From positions 181,706 through 245,705 of the forward strand of contig CACMIG010000001.1 of the NCBI GenBank assembly GCA_902613705.1: a stretch of DNA of 64,000 nucleotides, written 5' to 3'. The position numbers and the translations under genes are program-made. Source of the stretch: an uncultured SAR86 cluster bacterium. Its GTDB lineage: Bacteria; Pseudomonadota; Gammaproteobacteria; Magnimaribacterales; D2472. Below the pieces are notes generated by a model that saw only the letters and a program-made list of their open reading frames with translations, searched no databases and was not told the origin of the DNA. Positions 9,823 to 20,409 of the stretch are shown here, piece by piece (the first letter of the stretch is position 1; every line of letters starts with the position of its first letter).

Positions 9823-10839
9823 ATGTCACTAAATAATATTGAAGATATTGCAGCCTATATTGTAGCAGATGGCAAAGGTATCTTAGCTGCTGATGAAAGC
9901 AATCCAACTTGTGGAAAAAGATTTGATTCTATTGGTGTTGAGTCCACCGAAGAGAACAGAAGAGATTACAGAGAAATGCTTTTTAGGTCCAAAGGAATGA
10001 AAGGCAATATTGGTGGAGTAATATTATTTGATGAGACTATAAGACAATCAGCTGCTGACGGAACTTTACTTCGAGATTTAATAACTAGTCAAGATGCCCT
10101 TCCTGGAATTAAGGTTGATAAGGGTCTTCAACCTATTGATGATTGTCCTGGAGAAACTGTGACGGTTGGATTGGATGGATTAGATGAGAGATTAAAAGAA
10201 TATTCATCTATGGGAGCTAAATTCACTAAATGGAGGGCTGTCATAAATATAGGTGAAGGAATTCCAACTGATAAATGTATTGACGCGAATATGCAGGCAT
10301 TAGCGGATTATGCAAAATGTGCTCAAGATAATGGAATGGTTCCTATAGTAGAACCTGAAGTATTAATGGATGGAGTTCACTCTATTGATGATTGCTATGA
10401 CGCATCTGCTCGTTCTTTAAAATCGCTGTTTGATCATCTTGAAAAAAAGGAGGTAAATATAAAGGGAACTATCCTAAAACCTAATATGGTTACTTCTGGA
10501 AAAGACTCAGATATTCAAGCTAGCATTGGCGAAGTAGCTAAGAGAACTTTAGAATGTTTAACTGAGAATGTTCCATCTGATCTTCCTGGCATAGCATTTT
10601 TATCTGGAGGTCAGTCAGATATCTTGGCTACTGCTCATTTAGATGCGATGAACAAGATTGGTGGCTTTTCTTGGAAATTAAGTTTTTCTTATGGACGGGC
10701 TCTTCAAGCTGCAGCATTGCAAGCATGGGGTGGAAAGCCAGAAAATGTTTTTATTTCTCAAGATGAATTATCTCACAGGGCAGAAATGAATAAACTCGCT
10801 TCCCTTGGCAAATGGGAAGAAGAACTTGAAGACAGATAA
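9823..10839 (+). CDS. fba: fructose-bisphosphate aldolase, class I (eukaryote-type Schiff-base family)
   Basis: GILAADESNPTCGKRF, the Schiff-base lysine context ILKPNMV, and FLSGGQS. Confidence 0.9.
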   Translation: MSLNNIEDIAAYIVADGKGILAADESNPTCGKRFDSIGVESTEENRRDYREMLFRSKGMKGNIGGVILFDETIRQSAADGTLLRDLITSQDALPGIKVDKGLQPIDDCPGETVTVGLDGLDERLKEYSSMGAKFTKWRAVINIGEGIPTDKCIDANMQALADYAKCAQDNGMVPIVEPEVLMDGVHSIDDCYDASARSLKSLFDHLEKKEVNIKGTILKPNMVTSGKDSDIQASIGEVAKRTLECLTENVPSDLPGIAFLSGGQSDILATAHLDAMNKIGGFSWKLSFSYGRALQAAALQAWGGKPENVFISQDELSHRAEMNKLASLGKWEEELEDR

Positions 10840-10842
10840 GAC

Positions 10843-11280
10843 TTGTTAGCAACTGTTCAAAGAGTCTCTAGCGCAGAAATAGTTATTGACGGCGAAATTT
10901 TTGCTTCTATTAATGATGGATGCTTAATGTTTGTGTGTGTTGAGAAAGATGATGTGTCTCAAAACATTAATAATATGGTGAACAAGCTATTAAATTTTAG
11001 GATGTTAGATGGCCCAAAAGGAATAACCTCATCACCCTTAAATAATTCAGGAAAAGAAGTCTTAATAGTGAGTCAATTTACCTTGGCTGCAATTACAAAT
11101 AAAGGTAATAAGCCAAGCTTTCATAAGGCAGCTGAACCAGATAATGCCAAATTAATGTATGATGAATTTGTACGTGAATTTAAAAAATCATTCCCTAATG
11201 TTAAAGAAGGTAAATTTGGAGCTTTTATGGAAATATCTTTGACAAACATAGGACCAGTAACTTTTAATTTTAAAACTTAA
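10843..11280 (+). CDS. dtd: D-aminoacyl-tRNA deacylase
   Basis: MLATVQRVSSAEI aligns with E. coli MIALIQRVTRASV. It also has SQFTLAA and KGNKPSF. The start is TTG. Confidence 0.9.
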   Translation: MLATVQRVSSAEIVIDGEIFASINDGCLMFVCVEKDDVSQNINNMVNKLLNFRMLDGPKGITSSPLNNSGKEVLIVSQFTLAAITNKGNKPSFHKAAEPDNAKLMYDEFVREFKKSFPNVKEGKFGAFMEISLTNIGPVTFNFKT

Positions 11281-11285
11281 GTAAT

Positions 11286-11867
11286 ATGAAGAATATTTCA
11301 ATTTTCTGTGGTGCTCATGAAGGCAAAAATCCTAAATATGCTCAATCAGCAAAGATTATTTCAGAAGCAATAGCAAAGAAAGGTATCAATGTTGTTTTTG
11401 GAGGAGGAAATGTTGGATTGATGAAGATAATTTCAGATACCGCTCTTGATAATGGTGTTGAGGTTCTTGGTATATCTTTAAAATCTCTTCATGCATTAGA
11501 GTTAGCAAATCCAAGACTTAATGAAATTGTAGTCACAGATACACTTCTTGATCGTAAAGATGAATTTATGTCTAGATCAGATGCGTTTATAGTACTTCCT
11601 GGTGGAGTAGGATCGCTTGATGAGTTAGCCGAAATTATGGCAAGCAATCAATTAGGAATAATCAATAAACCCGTGGGCATTTTAAACACTGAAGGTTACT
11701 ACGATCATTTACTAAAATGGTTTGATAAGGCTGTTGAAGAAGGATTTATTTCTTCAGCAAACCTTAAAGAATTATTAGTTTCTGATAATCCTGAGGAATT
11801 AGTGGATTTGGTTGTAAATCACGAGAGACCATCTGACGATAATTGGACTAAAAGACTAGGACTCTAA
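11286..11867 (+). CDS. LOG-family (TIGR00730-type) nucleotide phosphoribohydrolase
   Basis: VVFGGGNVGLMK and the PGGVGSLDELAE motif typical of LOG / lysine-decarboxylase-like proteins. Confidence 0.8.
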   Translation: MKNISIFCGAHEGKNPKYAQSAKIISEAIAKKGINVVFGGGNVGLMKIISDTALDNGVEVLGISLKSLHALELANPRLNEIVVTDTLLDRKDEFMSRSDAFIVLPGGVGSLDELAEIMASNQLGIINKPVGILNTEGYYDHLLKWFDKAVEEGFISSANLKELLVSDNPEELVDLVVNHERPSDDNWTKRLGL

Positions 11868-11870
11868 TAA

Positions 11871-12461
11871 ATGTCTTTTGAGGAGGCAAGAGTAATAACA
11901 ATAGTCTATTTGGCAGTATTCTTACCTTTTTTAATTTATTTCAAAAACAAATCAAATTTACCTAAGTGGATTCCAACATTTTATTTAATTGCCATTGTGA
12001 TTTGCTCGTTAGGATGGGAGCTTTGGTTTACCTTTGGATGGCTAGATGGGGATCCTGTTGATATAAGAAGATCTGAAAATCTTAATACGTGGTTACCAAA
12101 GAATATTAATTGGTTAATGAATTCAATGGGCGATGCCGGAGCAGTGCTTTTGGGTGGCGTATGGTTAATGTGGATTTCTCATGGAAAAGATAAAAGCATA
12201 TTTATGAAATGGAAATGGAGTGCTTTTGCCGTCTTATTATTATGGTGTATCGGTCAAAATATTTTAGTAGAAATGTTTCTGTATCATGATCAACTGGCAG
12301 AAGGAAAGGCTTTATCTTGGGCTCCCCTATCACCGCTTGGTCCATACATTAATCCAATTCTTTTTGAATTTAATGAAAGAACAATAATGTTGCAGTCTCA
12401 AATGCCTTGGTTATTACTCCCATGGTTTTTCTACAGAACGCTTATAAATTTAAATAAGTAA
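11871..12461 (+). CDS. hypothetical Trp-rich integral membrane protein (196 aa)
   Basis: Four to five hydrophobic segments and an unusually high Trp content (GWELWFTFGWLDG, GGVWLMWISHG, MKWKWSAF, MPWLLLPWFF). I recognise no family. Confidence 0.45.
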   Translation: MSFEEARVITIVYLAVFLPFLIYFKNKSNLPKWIPTFYLIAIVICSLGWELWFTFGWLDGDPVDIRRSENLNTWLPKNINWLMNSMGDAGAVLLGGVWLMWISHGKDKSIFMKWKWSAFAVLLLWCIGQNILVEMFLYHDQLAEGKALSWAPLSPLGPYINPILFEFNERTIMLQSQMPWLLLPWFFYRTLINLNK

Positions 12462-13163
12462 TTATTTATTTCTAGAAAATAATATTCCAACTTCAAATAG
12501 AATCCACATAGGAATTGCTAAAAACAATTGTGAAAAAATATCAGGTGGAGTAAGTAACATGCCTACAACAAGAAATAGTATTATTAAATATGGTCTTGCC
12601 GCAATTAATGATGCCTTGGTAACAATTTCGTTATTAATTAAGAGAACTGTTGCAATGGGTATCTCAAATGCAATGCCAAATGCAAAAACAAGTTTAAATA
12701 TAAAACTAAGATACTGATTTATATCTGTCATGACTTGAATTGAGTCTGGAGCCATTCCAACAAAAAACTTGAATATAATTGGACATACTACAAAGAATGC
12801 AAAGCTTACTCCGCAAAAAAATAAAAGGATTGTTGAGATCATCAAAGGAGCAGTAAATCTCCTTTCGCTTTCATATAATCCTGGCGCAATAAATATCCAT
12901 ATTTGAAAAAAAAGCCAAGGCATAGAAAATAATAAAGCTATATAAAAAACTAGTTTAATTGGCGCCATAAATGGTGATGCAACCTCTGTAGCTATCATTG
13001 AGCTACTCTCAGGCAATGAAGCTAATAGAGGAGCTGCAATAAAGGAATAAATATCAGCGGCAAATGGAATTCCTAATATCGAAAGGGCAACAAAAAGAAC
13101 AATTACTTTTAATAATCTTGATCTTAATTCAAGGAGATGATTTGAAATCGAATCCTTAGTCAT
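12462..13163 (-). CDS. tatC: Sec-independent (twin-arginine) translocase subunit TatC
   Basis: SNHLLELRSRLLKVIV aligns with the E. coli TatC N-terminus, and the protein has 6 TM segments. I prefer ATG 13163, which makes an ATGACTAA overlap with the tatB stop. The ORF-track start 13187 is the alternative. Confidence 0.88.
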   Translation of the reverse strand: MTKDSISNHLLELRSRLLKVIVLFVALSILGIPFAADIYSFIAAPLLASLPESSSMIATEVASPFMAPIKLVFYIALLFSMPWLFFQIWIFIAPGLYESERRFTAPLMISTILLFFCGVSFAFFVVCPIIFKFFVGMAPDSIQVMTDINQYLSFIFKLVFAFGIAFEIPIATVLLINNEIVTKASLIAARPYLIILFLVVGMLLTPPDIFSQLFLAIPMWILFEVGILFSRNK

Positions 13164-13401
13164 TATCAGGCTCTTTGTTTTTTTCAAACTCTTCCATTTT
13201 TAACTCGTTAAAAACATCTTTCTTAAGTTCATCTACACCAATGTCTGCCTCAATGTCTTTTTTAAAAAGATTAAATTTATTTTCAATTTTTTTAAAGAAT
13301 TTTAATGTGGCTTTAACCACAACTGGAAGCCTATTAGGACCAATGATTATTAAACCTAATATTAGAATAATTAGAATTTCTAGAAAGCCAATCTGAAACA
13401 A
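13156..13401 (-). CDS. tatB: twin-arginine translocase subunit TatB
   Basis: MFQIGFLEILIILILGLIIIGPNRLP is a TatA/B-type TM segment plus hinge. The gene lies between tatA and tatC. Confidence 0.85.
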   Translation of the reverse strand: MFQIGFLEILIILILGLIIIGPNRLPVVVKATLKFFKKIENKFNLFKKDIEADIGVDELKKDVFNELKMEEFEKNKEPDND

Positions 13402-13403
13402 TT

Positions 13404-13571
13404 TTAGTCTTCTTTTTCTTTGGAGTCTTCGTCTTTAACTGCTTTCTTAAAACCTTTTATGCTGGAGCCTAAATCTGAACCAATTGATTTAAGTTTTCCA
13501 CTACCAAATATAAGAAGCACAACAACTAAAATAATTAATAACTGCCATATACTTATTCCGCCAAAACCCAT
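13404..13571 (-). CDS. tatA: twin-arginine translocase subunit TatA (55 aa, absent from the ORF track)
   Basis: My own translation gives [55 protein letters not shown]. This has the classic TatA FG..KL....G....KGFK signature and lies 2 bp upstream of tatB. Confidence 0.88.
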   Translation of the reverse strand: MGFGGISIWQLLIILVVVLLIFGSGKLKSIGSDLGSSIKGFKKAVKDEDSKEKED

Positions 13572-13579
13572 AAATACTC

Positions 13580-15061
13580 CTAATTAACTATCAACATGAT
13601 AGTTATAATTACAATTATACCAATACCGAATACCCTATTAATGTTTTTTTGTTTTGATAATTGAATTTCTAATTCATTTGCTTTTAAAGCATCTGCATTT
13701 TTATTACTAGAAAAACTTCTTATTTCATCGAGCGTTTCAAAAATTATAGCTGGAATCTCTGATGCTTTAAGCAAAATATCTTCTTTATTTTCAATAATGT
13801 AATCTTTCAACTTTAATGGGCTAAATTGCTCATTTAACCAATTATCTAAGTAAGGTTCCGCAATACCCCAGAAATCAAGTTCTGGATATATTTGTCTTCC
13901 CATACCTTCGATATGAATTAATGTTTTTTGAAGCAAAACTAAGGAGGTTTGAAGAGATAAACCATATTGTCTAGTGCTTTGGAAAAGATATAGAAGTAAC
14001 TTACCAAACTCTATCTCTGACAAAGGTTTCTCAAATATGGGCTCACAACAAGCTCTTAGGGTATTTTCAAGTTCAATATTATTTGTATCCGCTTTAACCC
14101 AACCAGAGCTAATGAATAAATTAGCAAGAGCTTTATAGTTTTGTTTAAGAACAGATTGCAGCATTCTAGCCAATATATATCGCTCCTCATTCGACAATGA
14201 GCCAGTTATCGCACAATCAACTGCAATATATCCAGGATTTTCAACATTCTTTTTTGAAACAAATATATTGCCTGGATGCATATCGGCATGAAAAAAGTTA
14301 TCTCTAAAAACTTGATTAAGAAATATCATGACTCCATTTTCGGCAAGAATTTTTTTATTTATTCCATATTTTTCAATTTGTTCTGTGTCTGTGCATGGGA
14401 TGCCATCAATTTTTTCTAAGACCATAACATTTGAAGTTGTAAGGTCCCAATAAACTTCCGGTATGTATAATTCATTTGAGTTTAAAAAATTTTTTCTAGT
14501 TAAATTTGTATTGGAGGCTTCAAGTTTTAAATCCAACTCTTTTAATATTGTAGATTCATAATCTCGCACGACCTCATTTGGCTTTAATCTATAACTTTCA
14601 CTGTAAATATAAGAAAATATTTTTGCTGCCGATTTAAGTAATCTTAGATTTCTTTTTACTTTCTTATGTATGTTTGGCCTAAGGACTTTTACTACAACAT
14701 GATCACCATTACTTAGTGTTGCTGAGTGAACTTGCGCTAGAGATGCTGCTGCTAAGGGTTTTTCATCAAATGATTCAAAAATATTTTCTATTGAATCTCC
14801 TAACTCAGATTCAACTATTTTCTTAAGTGTCCTAACATTAAATGGCTTACAACTATCAGTAAGACTTTCTAAATCTTTTGCAGTTTCAACATCAAGAATA
14901 TCTGTTCTTGTAGACAAAAGTTGACCAAATTTTGTAAATATTGGTCCCAATGATTCTAAGCAGCTAGCTAGTTTTACTCCATTAGGTTTATAGAATATTC
15001 CTTTTTGAATACCAAAAAATAACATTCTAAATAACTCATATATTACGATAATAAAATTCAT
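13580..15061 (-). CDS. ubiB: ubiquinone biosynthesis ABC1-family kinase-like protein UbiB
   Basis: [43 protein letters not shown] and a C-terminal TM segment. Synteny is ubiE-ubiJ-ubiB-tatABC. Confidence 0.9.
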   Translation of the reverse strand: MNFIIVIYELFRMLFFGIQKGIFYKPNGVKLASCLESLGPIFTKFGQLLSTRTDILDVETAKDLESLTDSCKPFNVRTLKKIVESELGDSIENIFESFDEKPLAAASLAQVHSATLSNGDHVVVKVLRPNIHKKVKRNLRLLKSAAKIFSYIYSESYRLKPNEVVRDYESTILKELDLKLEASNTNLTRKNFLNSNELYIPEVYWDLTTSNVMVLEKIDGIPCTDTEQIEKYGINKKILAENGVMIFLNQVFRDNFFHADMHPGNIFVSKKNVENPGYIAVDCAITGSLSNEERYILARMLQSVLKQNYKALANLFISSGWVKADTNNIELENTLRACCEPIFEKPLSEIEFGKLLLYLFQSTRQYGLSLQTSLVLLQKTLIHIEGMGRQIYPELDFWGIAEPYLDNWLNEQFSPLKLKDYIIENKEDILLKASEIPAIIFETLDEIRSFSSNKNADALKANELEIQLSKQKNINRVFGIGIIVIITIMLIVN

Positions 15062-15555
15062 ATACCTTTAATGGCTTCTAACCTATCAAGTTTAATAGAA
15101 ATTTCTCTAAGTCGCTTGCGAATATTTTCATATTCAATATCTGAGTCATTATCAGAGGACTTAAAAAGTTTCAAAACAGAGTATGCAAAAACAGCTGACG
15201 TGTTTCCAAAGTATTTATCAATTAAATAAATAATATCAATATTTGATTTAAGAATAATATTTACAAAAACAATAGCTAGTTCGGAGTTTCCAAAAATGAG
15301 ATTTTTATTTAATTTCTTTGATACTATTGAATTTAATATTTCAATTAAGGATCCTCTAATTTCAAATTGAGGATTATTTTTTCCAAAAGATATTTCAGAA
15401 TCTTTATCATCAATTTTAATGTAGATATTTTTATGCCCTTTTATGTTTATACAAAATTCTAGTGGTGAAATTTCTTTAAGAGATTTTCTAAGACTAGGAG
15501 ATGACTCCTCAAGATCTTCTAGAAGTCTAATAAATAATTTATTTATATCAATCAT
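15058..15555 (-). CDS. ubiJ: UbiJ (YigP)-like SCP2-type ubiquinone biosynthesis accessory protein
   Basis: Called mainly by position between ubiE and ubiB and by size. ATG 15555 forms an ATGATTGA overlap with the ubiE stop. Confidence 0.5.
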   Translation of the reverse strand: MIDINKLFIRLLEDLEESSPSLRKSLKEISPLEFCINIKGHKNIYIKIDDKDSEISFGKNNPQFEIRGSLIEILNSIVSKKLNKNLIFGNSELAIVFVNIILKSNIDIIYLIDKYFGNTSAVFAYSVLKLFKSSDNDSDIEYENIRKRLREISIKLDRLEAIKGI

Positions 15556-16300
15556 TGTAAGCAATATGTATAGCCACAACCCCATTTAAAATATTAAAGA
15601 ATCTACATTCCTTAAAACCGCTTTGTAAGATCATCTTTTTAAGAGATTCCTGATCTGGATGCATTCTTATAGATTCAGCAAGGTATTTATAGCTTTCAGA
15701 ATCATTTGCAAGAATAGATCCAAGCTTAGGAAGTATGTTAAAAGAATACCAGTCATATAACCTTGAAAACATTGGATTAATTGGCTTTGAGAATTCTAAA
15801 ACCAAAAGCCTCGCATTTTTTGACAAACATCTCTTCATTTCAGAAAGACCTTTTTGTTTATCTGTGAAGTTTCTTAGACCAAAACCAACCGTTATTAGGT
15901 CAAATGAAGAATCTTTGAAGGGCAAGCTTTCACCACTCAACTGACAAAAAGAACAATTTGAGTTGAAGCTTTCATCAATTGCTCTATTTCTTCCCTCATC
16001 AAGCATTTCATAATTTATGTCACTCATAAAAATTTTTGTATTTGGATATTCTTTTGATATTAACTTAGCAATATCTCCTGTCCCACTCGCTATATCTAAA
16101 ATCACATCTTTTTCACCAACAGCGGCTAGCTCAACTAAGATTTTCTTCCATAGTCTATGCATGCCAAAAGACATTGCATCATTCATAATGTCGTAGTTTT
16201 TTGCTACTGAGGTAAAAACCTCTCCAACGTACTTACTCTTGTCAGCTTCGTTAACTTCCTGATAGCCAAAATGTGTCTTTTTGTTTTTGTTAACCATCAT
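15548..16300 (-). CDS. ubiE: demethylmenaquinone/ubiquinone C-methyltransferase UbiE
   Basis: THFGYQEV, YDIMNDAMSFGMHRLWK and the SAM motif ILDIASGTGD. Confidence 0.95.
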   Translation of the reverse strand: MMVNKNKKTHFGYQEVNEADKSKYVGEVFTSVAKNYDIMNDAMSFGMHRLWKKILVELAAVGEKDVILDIASGTGDIAKLISKEYPNTKIFMSDINYEMLDEGRNRAIDESFNSNCSFCQLSGESLPFKDSSFDLITVGFGLRNFTDKQKGLSEMKRCLSKNARLLVLEFSKPINPMFSRLYDWYSFNILPKLGSILANDSESYKYLAESIRMHPDQESLKKMILQSGFKECRFFNILNGVVAIHIAYND

Positions 16301-17150
16301 CTCTAAATTTTATGAAGTTATTGTATCTACTTTGATTAATTTGACCATTCGTCAGACTTTCAATGACAAAGCAGCCTTTGTTATTAATATGATTACAATT
16401 TGTAAATTTGCAACCTTTAGATGCTTCAAGAATTTCCTCAAAACCACTAATAATATGATCTTTATTATAATTTTTTATTTCAATATCTCGCATTCCAGGT
16501 GAATCTATTATTTTTGTATTATTTTGCAAATCATATAATGATGATATTGAAGTTGTATGAACTCCTTGCTCATTAGACAAAGAATTTGTTTTAAGTTTTT
16601 TTCCAATAAGCTTAGACGATAGAGTTGATTTACCTGCTCCAGAATTACCAACAAAAAGAACAGATTTTTGTTTTAAAAAATCTATAAGCTCTTTAAGATT
16701 ATCACCATGCTTTGCAGAGCAATCAATAGTTTTCATGCCTAAGCTTTTATAGATATCAAGCTTAATTTTATATTCATTATCAGATTCAATATCGATTTTA
16801 TTATTAATAATGAAAGGCTCTATATTTGATAGTTTTGATTTTAATATCCATTTATCTATAAATTCTGAAGAAGTTTTTGGTTTTGGCGTAACTATTATTC
16901 CTACATGACTTATGTTTGCTGCAAATAGCTTTGTCTTGCTGCCATCTGATTTAGAAAGTTTAGTTTTTCTTTCTTGGATGCTAAGAATTTTTCCATTAAG
17001 CTTCTTGCTATCTTGAATAATTTCTAGCTCAACAAAGTCACCAACAACAACATTTTTTATTGCTAAGCATGAGAACTCACCAAATTTTGTCTTAACCAAA
17101 CAGCTATTTGTATAAAATTCTACAATCTGTCCAGTTTGAACTTTTTTCAT
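16290..17150 (-). CDS. rsgA: ribosome small-subunit-dependent GTPase RsgA
   Basis: It has the circularly permuted GTPase motifs (NKIDI, then GNSGAGKSTL, then DSPG). The Zn-finger is CKFTNCNHINNKGC. The gene is divergent from orn as in E. coli. I prefer ATG 17150 (MKKVQTGQ) over the longer ORF-track start, which would overlap orn. Confidence 0.85.
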   Translation of the reverse strand: MKKVQTGQIVEFYTNSCLVKTKFGEFSCLAIKNVVVGDFVELEIIQDSKKLNGKILSIQERKTKLSKSDGSKTKLFAANISHVGIIVTPKPKTSSEFIDKWILKSKLSNIEPFIINNKIDIESDNEYKIKLDIYKSLGMKTIDCSAKHGDNLKELIDFLKQKSVLFVGNSGAGKSTLSSKLIGKKLKTNSLSNEQGVHTTSISSLYDLQNNTKIIDSPGMRDIEIKNYNKDHIISGFEEILEASKGCKFTNCNHINNKGCFVIESLTNGQINQSRYNNFIKFRDDG

Positions 17151-17191
17151 AATAGGAACAAAATACACTAAAGAAGCGATTATAAAAAGAT

Positions 17192-17740
17192 ATGAAAACT
17201 TTACAATCAAGAGATAATTTAGTCTGGATTGATCTAGAAATGACTGGTTTGGATCCAGATAAAGAAAAGATTATCGAAATAGCTACTCTAATAACTGATT
17301 CCAGCCTAAATATTATTGCAGAGGGTCCTAATTTAATAATTTCGCAATCTAAAGAAATTCTTAATTCTATGGATGAATGGAATCAAAATCAGCACGGATC
17401 TTCTGGTTTAATAGATGAGGTCTTAAAAAGTAACGTAACAGAACAAATTGCAGAAATTGAAACCTTAGATTTTATTTCAAAATATGTAGGAGAAAATATA
17501 TCACCTATGTGTGGAAATACTGTTTCTCATGACAGACGCTTTTTATCAAAGTATATGCCAAGATTAGAGGCGTACTTTAATTACAGACATATTGATGTCT
17601 CGTCTTTTAAGGAAGTTGCTGTACGCTGGATGAATGAAGCCCAAATTTATGAAAAAAAAGGATCTCATAGAGCTCTTGGTGATATTAAAGAGTCTGTAGA
17701 AGAACTTAGATTTTATAAAAAATTATTTATGCCAGAATAA
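17192..17740 (+). CDS. orn: oligoribonuclease
   Basis: LVWIDLEMTGLDPDKEKIIEIA and the DEDDh motif HRALGDIKESVEEL. Confidence 0.92.
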   Translation: MKTLQSRDNLVWIDLEMTGLDPDKEKIIEIATLITDSSLNIIAEGPNLIISQSKEILNSMDEWNQNQHGSSGLIDEVLKSNVTEQIAEIETLDFISKYVGENISPMCGNTVSHDRRFLSKYMPRLEAYFNYRHIDVSSFKEVAVRWMNEAQIYEKKGSHRALGDIKESVEELRFYKKLFMPE

Positions 17741-17741
17741 T

Positions 17742-18068
17742 TTATTCTTTTTTGTTAGAGGGTTGGATGTTTAAAGGAAAAGGACTTACTTGACCTTTAT
17801 TCTCTTTTATTTTTGCCTCGCCAGTTTCGTTAACTTCATCAATTCTCACAATAGAATTAATAGGTATATAACTTCTCTCAACCATTGAAAATTCATTTTT
17901 TAATTTTTCTGAACTTGGATCAACTACTAGCTGTTTATCTTTATTGAAGATATACTCTTCCACCTCGATAAAACCGTACATATCACTTTGGTAAATTTGT
18001 TTAGCAAAAACTTCATAAATTTCACCAAGTTGAATGAAAATTATCTTGTAAACATTTTTTGTTTTCAT
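17742..18068 (-). CDS. DUF1820-like small conserved protein
   Basis: YKIIFIQLGEIYEVFAKQIYQSDMYGFIEVEEYIF resembles the gammaproteobacterial DUF1820 family as I recall it. Function is unknown. Confidence 0.45.
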   Translation of the reverse strand: MKTKNVYKIIFIQLGEIYEVFAKQIYQSDMYGFIEVEEYIFNKDKQLVVDPSSEKLKNEFSMVERSYIPINSIVRIDEVNETGEAKIKENKGQVSPFPLNIQPSNKKE

Positions 18069-18127
18069 AATACTTAATTATATGGGAACAATGTTTGATA
18101 ATTAAAGTTATAGAAAGTTAATTAAAT

Positions 18128-19453
18128 ATGACAAAAAAATTATTTATAAAAACACATGGCTGTCAGATGAATGAATATGATTCTGCAAAAATGTTTGATC
18201 TTTTAGAAGAAAAAGAAAACTTTGAATTTGCAGAAAATGAAGAGGAAGCAGATCTTTTAATCCTTAACACCTGTTCAATAAGGGAAAAAGCTCAAGAAAA
18301 GGTATTTCATCAAATTGGAAGATGGCGAAAAATAAAAGATAAAAATCCTGATTTGAAAATTGCTATAGGAGGATGTGTTGCATCACAAGAAGGTGAAAAT
18401 ATAATCAAAAGAGCTCCTGCAGTAGATATCGTATTTGGACCTCAGACACTACACAAATTACCAGAGCTATATGAGAATAAAAATAAGACGAACATTAATC
18501 AAGTTGATATTTCATTTCCAAAATTAGAAAAATTTAATCATATTCCTGTACATGGAACTGGTGAACCCTCAGCGTTTGTTTCAATCATTGAGGGCTGCAA
18601 TAAATATTGTTCTTTTTGTGTTGTTCCAAAAACAAGAGGCCATGAGGTATCAAGAACAATTGAAGATATTTTGAATGAGATATCTGTACTTGCAGAAAAT
18701 GGAACTAGAGAGATTCATTTATTGGGCCAAAATGTAAACAATTTCAAAGGCACCTATAAAGGTGAAAAATCTTCTTTAGCTAAACTGATTGAGTTAACAG
18801 CAAAAATAGAAAATATTGAAAGGATTAGGTATACAACAAGCCATCCACATGAATTTAAAGATGATCTTGTTGAAGTTTACGATAAGGTACCAGAGCTTGT
18901 AAGTCACGTTCATCTTCCCGTGCAAAGTGGTTCAGATAGAATATTAAAATTAATGAGAAGACGTTACAACGTAGAAAAATACCTAAATCTTATTGAAAAA
19001 ATTCGTAAAGTACGACCTGACATGAGTTTTTCTTCAGATTTTATTGTTGGCTTTCCTGGTGAGACAAATGATGATTTCATGGGGACCATGAATGTAATTA
19101 ATGAAGTAAGGTTTGATGAGTCATTTAGTTTTATATATAGTCCCAGACCAAATACAACTGCATCAGATATGGAAGATGATGTAACTCAAGAAGAAAAAAA
19201 AGAAAGATTAAATATTCTTCAAGAGAGACTAAACCAACTTTCATTTGGATTTAGCAGAAAGAAGGTTGGTACATTGCAAAACTGCTTAGTCTTCGGACAG
19301 TCAAAAAGAGACCCAGGACAATTACAAGGAAGAACTATATGTAATCGAGTTGTTAATTTTCCATCAAATGATATTGATTTAGTTGGGCAAATGATTAATA
19401 TTCAAATTAATGAAGCACTGCCAAATTGTTTAAGAGGTAATTTACAAAATTAA
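18128..19453 (+). CDS. miaB: tRNA-i6A37 methylthiotransferase MiaB
   Basis: N-terminal HGCQMN, the radical-SAM motif CNKYCSFC, and a C-terminal TRAM domain. Confidence 0.95.
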   Translation: MTKKLFIKTHGCQMNEYDSAKMFDLLEEKENFEFAENEEEADLLILNTCSIREKAQEKVFHQIGRWRKIKDKNPDLKIAIGGCVASQEGENIIKRAPAVDIVFGPQTLHKLPELYENKNKTNINQVDISFPKLEKFNHIPVHGTGEPSAFVSIIEGCNKYCSFCVVPKTRGHEVSRTIEDILNEISVLAENGTREIHLLGQNVNNFKGTYKGEKSSLAKLIELTAKIENIERIRYTTSHPHEFKDDLVEVYDKVPELVSHVHLPVQSGSDRILKLMRRRYNVEKYLNLIEKIRKVRPDMSFSSDFIVGFPGETNDDFMGTMNVINEVRFDESFSFIYSPRPNTTASDMEDDVTQEEKKERLNILQERLNQLSFGFSRKKVGTLQNCLVFGQSKRDPGQLQGRTICNRVVNFPSNDIDLVGQMINIQINEALPNCLRGNLQN

Positions 19454-20409
19454 TGTCAACTGATTCATCTTTAACCAGTCTAGAATTACAACCCTCAGAT
19501 GCAAATGTTATGGTTAGGTTCGTTGGTGAACTTAATGAAAATCTTAAATTTGTTGAAAAGACATTTAATGTAAAGATTTTTCAAAATGGGAATAATCTTA
19601 AAATTAAAGGAAACAAAAAAGATGTTGATCTATCTGTAGATGCTTTGAGAAAGCTATACGAAGCAGCAGGCCAAGGAATTGAGATTAATAGCGAAACACT
19701 AAATTTGTGCATACAAGAGTCAGATAAAAACATGACTAATGTTATTAAAATCAAAACACCTAAAAAAAGTGTCATGCCAAGAGGAAAAAATCAAAAAACT
19801 TATATTGAAAATATTTCAAATAATGAAATTAACTTTGGAATTGGTCCTGCTGGAACTGGAAAAACATATCTGGCTGTTGCATTAGCAGTTGATCATCTTT
19901 TAAATGAAAAAGTAGATAGAATTATTTTAATAAGGCCTGCAGTAGAAGCTGGTGAAAAACTTGGATTTTTACCAGGAGATTTATCTCAAAAAGTTGATCC
20001 ATATCTTCGCCCTCTTTACGATGCTTTATATGAGATGCTAGGAGTTGAAAAAACTGAAAAACTACTTGAAAGAGGTATCGTTGAAATAGCTCCTCTAGCA
20101 TATATGAGAGGAAGGACACTAAATAACTCATTTATAATTGTTGATGAAAGCCAAAATACAACAAAAGAACAAATGAAGATGGTTTTAACTAGAATGGGCT
20201 TTGGTTCTTATCTTGTAATTAATGGAGATTTAACTCAAATAGATCTTCCAAAAAATATTAAATCAGGTTTGTCAGACGCTATAGAAGTTCTTAAAGATAC
20301 TGATGGCATAGGCTTTACTAACTTTTCATCATTAGATGTTGTGAGGCATCCTCTAGTTAAAAAAATTATTGATGCTTATAAATATTTTGAGGACAAGCTA
20401 GGTTTATAG
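19453..20409 (+). CDS. ybeZ: PhoH-like ATPase YbeZ
   Basis: Walker A GPAGTGKTYLAV and Walker B FIIVDESQN. Synteny is miaB-ybeZ-ybeY-corC-lnt. Confidence 0.9.
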   Translation: MSTDSSLTSLELQPSDANVMVRFVGELNENLKFVEKTFNVKIFQNGNNLKIKGNKKDVDLSVDALRKLYEAAGQGIEINSETLNLCIQESDKNMTNVIKIKTPKKSVMPRGKNQKTYIENISNNEINFGIGPAGTGKTYLAVALAVDHLLNEKVDRIILIRPAVEAGEKLGFLPGDLSQKVDPYLRPLYDALYEMLGVEKTEKLLERGIVEIAPLAYMRGRTLNNSFIIVDESQNTTKEQMKMVLTRMGFGSYLVINGDLTQIDLPKNIKSGLSDAIEVLKDTDGIGFTNFSSLDVVRHPLVKKIIDAYKYFEDKLGL

